From: Takakia lepidozioides
Lineage: Eukaryota; Plantae; Bryophyta
Length of the DNA stretch: 64,000 nucleotides
Direction of reading: 5' to 3'
NCBI GenBank assembly: GCA_030704615.1
Contig: CM060733.1
Location: 36,146,001 to 36,210,000, forward strand
A program made the translations under genes and the position numbers. The notes beneath the pieces are model-generated. The model did no database searches. It had not been told where the DNA came from and was given only the letters and a program-made list of their open reading frames with translations. Shown here piece by piece: positions 61,193 through 64,000 of the stretch; position 1 is the first letter of the stretch; every line of letters starts with the position of its first letter.

Positions 61193-64000
61193 TTAATCTT
61201 GAAAATCATCGGAATCCTCATCCTGTTCTAGACTGTCCTGCTCCTCCTCCACCCCCTCAGTGCCTCTCTCATCTCCAGCGGACTGCTCGTTGGCCAGGCT
61301 TTCGAAAATCCCATCTTCCCCTTGCGGAACTGTCCATCTCACCTCCGTTGGGTCGTCTTCCTCCCTGTCTGCGTCGCTCTCATCCGCTGAATCACATATG
61401 TACTTTCGTACCCGTCTACCTGTCTGAGCTGCTGCCAACTCTTTCCTTATCCTTCTGTCCTCCCTAGCCCTCTCCAAAATCTGCTCTACTTTACTGGGAT
61501 TCTCACTTCTTCTAATCGCTGTATTTGCGAGTTTAGCTGCATAACTAGGAAGGGAGTAGTCCCTCACCGGGCTCGTCATGAAGTCGGCCCTCGCAAAGAA
61601 CGGGACATTCTTCCTGGCAGGAAGTGTAGGCCCTACATGTTTCGACCCGGACCCTGCAATCCTGCACATGACAATCATCAACGAGACTAATGAGAACCAC
61701 AGTCGGGAAATTCCGTTTGACATAAATGACCCAGAAGGCTTTGCAAACTTACAATGTTTGCACTCACTCGTATTCCGGGTTCTCCTCTGCATCAATGTCC
61801 ACTGTGTCTTCCTCGGACTCCGACGAATCCGAGGAGACTTCCGCTCTGTCGGGAGCCTTCACATTCCGTTGCAGCCCCTCCAGATGGGATCCCCACACGG
61901 ATGAATCCTCCTCGTAGGCAAAGAGGTGCCGGTCGGAAAACCGCCCAGCCCACATTGAGGCACCTGTTACAATGCCATCCACACATTACCACATGGCGCT
62001 TCAGATGTTGCGAACTACATCCTAACGAGAATTTGCAGAACAGCAGAGATCAAGATTCTGCATACCTGTCCCACAGATGAGGTCCAGCACTGTGCCCTCC
62101 ACGTCTGTGCATGTCTCCATAATTGTCTGAATGAAGGCAGGGCTCCGAGTCCGTGAGTACCGCAGGGGTTCCGTTGAAGTGAGGCTATGAGGGAGAAGTT
62201 CCTTGGGAACGTTGTTGAACAGAACGTCGTAATCGAGTGGGTCGCAGTTCGGGTCAACCTTTCCTCCCTCCTTCCGGAAAGCAAAGGTGGAGTTTTCCTT
62301 CACAAAGCAGTATGCATCGAACTGCTTCGTCTGCATACACAGGGGGAAAACGATTAGAAACCGAATGCGGCACCGCATTTGAAAGCACCCAAGCAAATGA
62401 ATGGACGAGTGCCAGTGTCGTAATCACCTTCTTCCCTTCCGACCGAAGGCCCAGTGTGTTGATGCACGTCCACTTCTTTTTCAGAATCGGGACGGCGCTC
62501 TTGCGGGTCCACTTCGCAATTCCTGTCTGAGTGTTTTTTCCTCTGCTCGCCAGGACAACCACACAGCCTCTGTCGTCCAACACCATGCGGGCAAGCCCGA
62601 ATCCTTTCTTCCAAAAGTCCTCCGAGTACCTGTTCCAAGATGGCAAAGCTTGCAGTCCTTCCACAGGCTCTCCGTCCGGAATATCCAAGATGATCATATC
62701 GCAAGACCACTCGGTGGCATTTCCGCCCCTCCTACAATCCTTGTCTGCACACACCCTCTCAAAGAACGAGACCATATTCTGAAATCCTGGGGTGTCGGAA
62801 GGCTCTTCGGCAGTCGCCTTCTTCAGTGCTCTGCCCTTCAGACCCTCCATGGTCTTCATGTATGCCAACTTGGCTGCCCGTCCATCCAAAGCCGCCAAGA
62901 AACTCTCATTTACACACTGGACTACTGTTTCGGGAGCCACTTTCGGCCTCTTCATTTCCACCGGCTCGAAAGGGTGCCCCCCTGGGGGGTTGAAGAGTGC
63001 CTTCTTTGCCGAGCCAGTTCTCGTGCCTCTCGTGACAACGGTGGGCACAGGGGAGGCAGCCTGCGTTTGGGGGGTGGGCTGGTTGCAAAGTCTCCATCGG
63101 AGTCCTCTTCCTCACCCTCTTCCTGAACAGGCTGTTTCTGCTTCTTCGTTTTGGCGGGTGTCACAACAGCTGCTCCTTGCTGGCGAGTCCTCTTCTTCGA
63201 CCCCTTCTGTTGGGCCTGCACAGCTGCATCCACCGTCTTTTGTGCCATCTCAGCTGCCTTTCTGGATTCTTCCAGAGCAGCAGATTCCTTTGCCGACTTT
63301 GGCCCAGCAGGGACACGTCTTTCCTTTCTCTTCTCTTCTGCCAAGGCGTGCAGATCTTTCTCAGACTCGTCAACAATACCGCCAGACATGTCCAGGTACC
63401 ACGGGCATCCAACGAGATGCGCGGGATGCCATTGTTTCTGCATCTCGGGTGTGTAGACACAGCTTGGGCCCGCCACGGTCCAAGCCATGAAGAACGGGGG
63501 CTCTTGAGCCAGGGCCCCTGTCTGAAGGAGCACGTATTTCATATACCTGCAAGGCAGTCAGCATGCGTGAGCAAAAGTTGAGACCAACCTACTGGCAGAG
63601 TGCCACCGAAAACATAAAATGCGAATGCGGTGCCGCATTTCCGAGACAAACCTCGTAACCAGGCTTCGCATACAAGGGCAGCTGTGCTTCACCTGTAAAC
63701 AATTCGCATTGCAGCTTTCCCCGCTCCCTCCTGATGTGTAAACTCCACGCTCCTTCTTGCTGTCTGTAGCTCTCTGGCGAAAAGGTTGTCCTTGTACGCA
63801 CATCTGAAACGTGTCACGTAGTCTTCCAATGTCTGTGTTCCATCCCATTTGACGTACAAGCCGAACGAATTTGTGTGCATTACGACTTGCTCCTTCGCAT
63901 TCGACATTACCTGCGATTCCCAAATGCATTGTCACGTAGCAGTTCAGGGAATTCATGTCAGAAAAGCAAATCTGGGGAAGTACCTTGAATTACCTGGAAC
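61193..64000 (-). CDS. Spliced gene with a beta-class N4-cytosine/N6-adenine DNA methyltransferase-like domain; one frameshift (~63070); 5' part lies outside the window
   Basis: Exons ..-63652, 63546-62407, 62330-62066, 61963-61768, 61661-61193. Spliced product has DMIILDIPDG..LARMVLDDRGCVVV..RSPAFIQTIMETCTDVEGTVLDLICGT|GASMWAGRFSDRHLFAYEED, then an acidic tail. Confidence 0.75.

Overview
Eukaryotic nuclear DNA with spliceosomal introns, from an early-diverging land plant (bryophyte-like; the organism is inferred, not certain). 1-48 kb is gene-dense: SAE2 (-, runs off the left edge), GPT/DPAGT1 (+), HUS1 (+), a TVP38/TMEM64 protein (+), a 26-motif PLS-DYW PPR editing factor (+), thymidylate kinase (-), a ZNF511-like zinc finger (+), a HAK/KUP K+ transporter (+) and an intronless TPR-SET protein (-). 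A nested TE cluster with a PPR pseudogene lies at 8.8-14 kb. 50-57 kb is a decayed Ty3/gypsy element. 59-64 kb is a CpG-rich, probably mobile segment. It carries a spliced gene for a bacterial-type (beta-class) N4-C/N6-A DNA methyltransferase-like protein with a non-canonical DIPD motif, plus about 16 copies of a GAAATGCGG-NN-CCGCATTTC palindrome found beside the gene and in two of its introns. Top findings: (1) this methyltransferase/palindrome module; (2) an OSB-type PDF ssDNA-binding motif spliced onto the N-terminus of the DYW editing factor. All assignments come from manual reading and motif recall; no searches were run.
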